Positions 62,510-64,000 of a DNA stretch of 64,000 nucleotides are shown one piece after another (within the stretch, counting starts at the first letter, position 1; the number at the start of each line of letters is the position of its first letter). The stretch is taken from positions 1,088,001-1,152,000 of the forward strand of contig CAWCMR010000025.1 of the NCBI GenBank assembly GCA_963796685.1. The letters are read 5' to 3'. Under the pieces are notes generated by a model, which saw nothing but the letters and a program-made list of their open reading frames with translations, had not been told where the DNA came from and ran no database searches. This stretch comes from an uncultured delta proteobacterium (GTDB lineage Bacteria > Myxococcota_A > Polyangia > Fen-1088). A program made the translations under genes and the position numbers.

Positions 62510-63109
62510 ATGACACCCACAGCGCCGCGACGAAGCAAATGTCTGCAATCACCCGCCGGCTGCGAGGGCTACCTGAGCCGCAAGCAAGCGGCCCATGCCC
62601 TCGGTTTCGCGAGCGAGTTCAAGATCCGCGAGCTCGAGCGCAAGGGAATGCTGCGCTCCGTGCGCGGTCCGATGCGCGCGGCCTTTTACGCCCGGCCCGA
62701 GATCCTAGCCCTCAAAGCCCAACTGGCCTTGCGCGAGCCCGGCCAGGTCCCGGCGGACGCGTGGACCGACGCCGAATTGCTGGCCCTGCTCGGTCACCCC
62801 AAGCGAAGCGGAGAGGCGCGCACGGCGCTGGATCTGGTCCTGGAAACCCAGATCAGCATCGAGCGCGCCGAGCGGGTGTTCGAGTTTTGGCGGCGCTGCG
62901 AGCCTGGCTCGCGCTCCGCCGGCGCCGCCGCTGGGCCGGCGAGTCTTCCACCGCGCGACACCGCGCCGGCCCCTTCGGTGCCCACAACCCGCGAGCGCCG
63001 GGGCGAGCAAAGGATCTCGCGCGACAGTCTGATCCGCGACCTGCGCGATCCGGACCCGCGCGTGCGCGAACGAGCCTTCGCCCGACTCAAGGAGAACGAA
63101 AGAATCTGA
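62510..63109 (+). CDS. Hypothetical protein with excisionase/MerR-like HTH and a single C-terminal HEAT-like repeat
   Basis: YLSRKQAAHALG...IRELERKGML; LRDPDPRVRERAFARL. Confidence 0.6.
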   Translation: MTPTAPRRSKCLQSPAGCEGYLSRKQAAHALGFASEFKIRELERKGMLRSVRGPMRAAFYARPEILALKAQLALREPGQVPADAWTDAELLALLGHPKRSGEARTALDLVLETQISIERAERVFEFWRRCEPGSRSAGAAAGPASLPPRDTAPAPSVPTTRERRGEQRISRDSLIRDLRDPDPRVRERAFARLKENERI

Positions 63110-63113
63110 CGGA

Positions 63114-64000
63114 TCAAATGGGAACGACGTCGCTGAGATCGACCTCGAATTCCTCGCTCGGCACCGCGCCGCGATCGGTGCGCAAGGTGTTGTCGCGCGC
63201 GCGGTTGAGCGCGAGCTGCTCGAAATAGGCCTGCACCTCCGGCACCGCCTCGGCCAGGCGCTCGACGTATTCGCGCGCCAGGAAGAGCACGGTGGTCGGC
63301 GTCGCCGCGCGCACCGTCGCGGAGGTCGGCTGATCCGTGACCAGCGACATCTCGCCGAACATGTCCCCGGCGTGCAATCGCGCCAGCTTGACCGCATCCG
63401 CGCTGGTGGCGCGCGCAACGACGTCCACCTCGCCCGACAGAATGAGGAAAAGGCCCTGGCCGCGCTCGCCTTCGCGGATGATGTCCACACCGGCTTCCAT
63501 CTCGTGGCCCTCGAAGCGACGCAGAAGCTCGCCCTGTTGCGACTTGGTGAAGGGCACGAACAGCGGCGAGGTCTGCAAGAGGTTCTTGATGAGGCGCTCG
63601 CGCGAGAATCGGTCCAGCGCCTCGCGCACCGATGGAACCTCGACCATGACCTGTCGCAGGGCGGCCTTGCTGACCTGGATGACGTCGGCCTCGCCCACCA
63701 CGGCCACCGAAGCCGTGCGCGACTGCCCGGTGATGAGGGCCATCTCGCCGAACAAGGTGTTCTCGAACAAGCGGGCGACGTCCTTGGTACCGCCAGGCGT
63801 GTCCACGAAGACGCGCAGCTCGCCGCTGGCCACGAGAAAGAGCGAGTCGCCCACGTCGCCTTGGCGCATGACGATGTCGCCGTCCTTGAGGCGCAAAATG
63901 GTCAGCGAGCGCGCCACCGCGATGAACGATTCCTGGGTCAGCTCGGACAGAAAGGGCAGCGGATGGTACTGCTCCTGGTAGCCCACGAAGACGGAGAGAT
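63114..64000 (-). CDS. Tandem cyclic-nucleotide-binding domain protein (5' end outside window)
   Basis: FGEMALITGQSRTASV and FGEMSLVTDQPTSATV. Confidence 0.9.
   Translation of the reverse strand, partial: LSVFVGYQEQYHPLPFLSELTQESFIAVARSLTILRLKDGDIVMRQGDVGDSLFLVASGELRVFVDTPGGTKDVARLFENTLFGEMALITGQSRTASVAVVGEADVIQVSKAALRQVMVEVPSVREALDRFSRERLIKNLLQTSPLFVPFTKSQQGELLRRFEGHEMEAGVDIIREGERGQGLFLILSGEVDVVARATSADAVKLARLHAGDMFGEMSLVTDQPTSATVRAATPTTVLFLAREYVERLAEAVPEVQAYFEQLALNRARDNTLRTDRGAVPSEEFEVDLSDVVPI

Overview
High-GC bacterial chromosomal window. The gene content (Glt/Agl-like TPR cluster, FHA and PilZ proteins, Cys-rich lipoproteins, orphan SctV) points to Myxococcota, which is an inference. 1-25.2 kb: surface-polysaccharide locus with GT4/GT2 glycosyltransferases, a Wzy-like protein, methyltransferases, a GHMP-kinase/UDP-sugar pyrophosphorylase fusion and WbpB/E/D-like genes. 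It is interrupted by a decayed FkbM gene carrying a 267-bp ISL3-like MITE, and by an accessory islet at 16.4-21.5 kb (VapBC-like TA, MntA/HepT TA, AAA-DUF4143 ATPase). 25.6-37.4 kb: outer-membrane beta-barrel plus a GltD/E/F/G-like trans-envelope operon, co-oriented with the sugar genes. 37.9-64 kb: mostly housekeeping and signalling genes (obgE, rpmA, rplU, hisD, sctV, proA, sigma54 regulator, rsmI, pdxA, folK, ZIP, NUDIX, FHA, DUF1517, cNMP). Main unexplained signals: (1) a dispersed, tandemly amplified two-hairpin repeat family whose second stem covaries; (2) five +1 frameshifts, all at GAGCTC/CTCGAG motifs, probably methylation-linked sequencing errors; (3) the Glt-like operon with a barrel next to polysaccharide genes. 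No rRNA, tRNA or CRISPR array was seen. All product calls come from motif recognition, not database searches.
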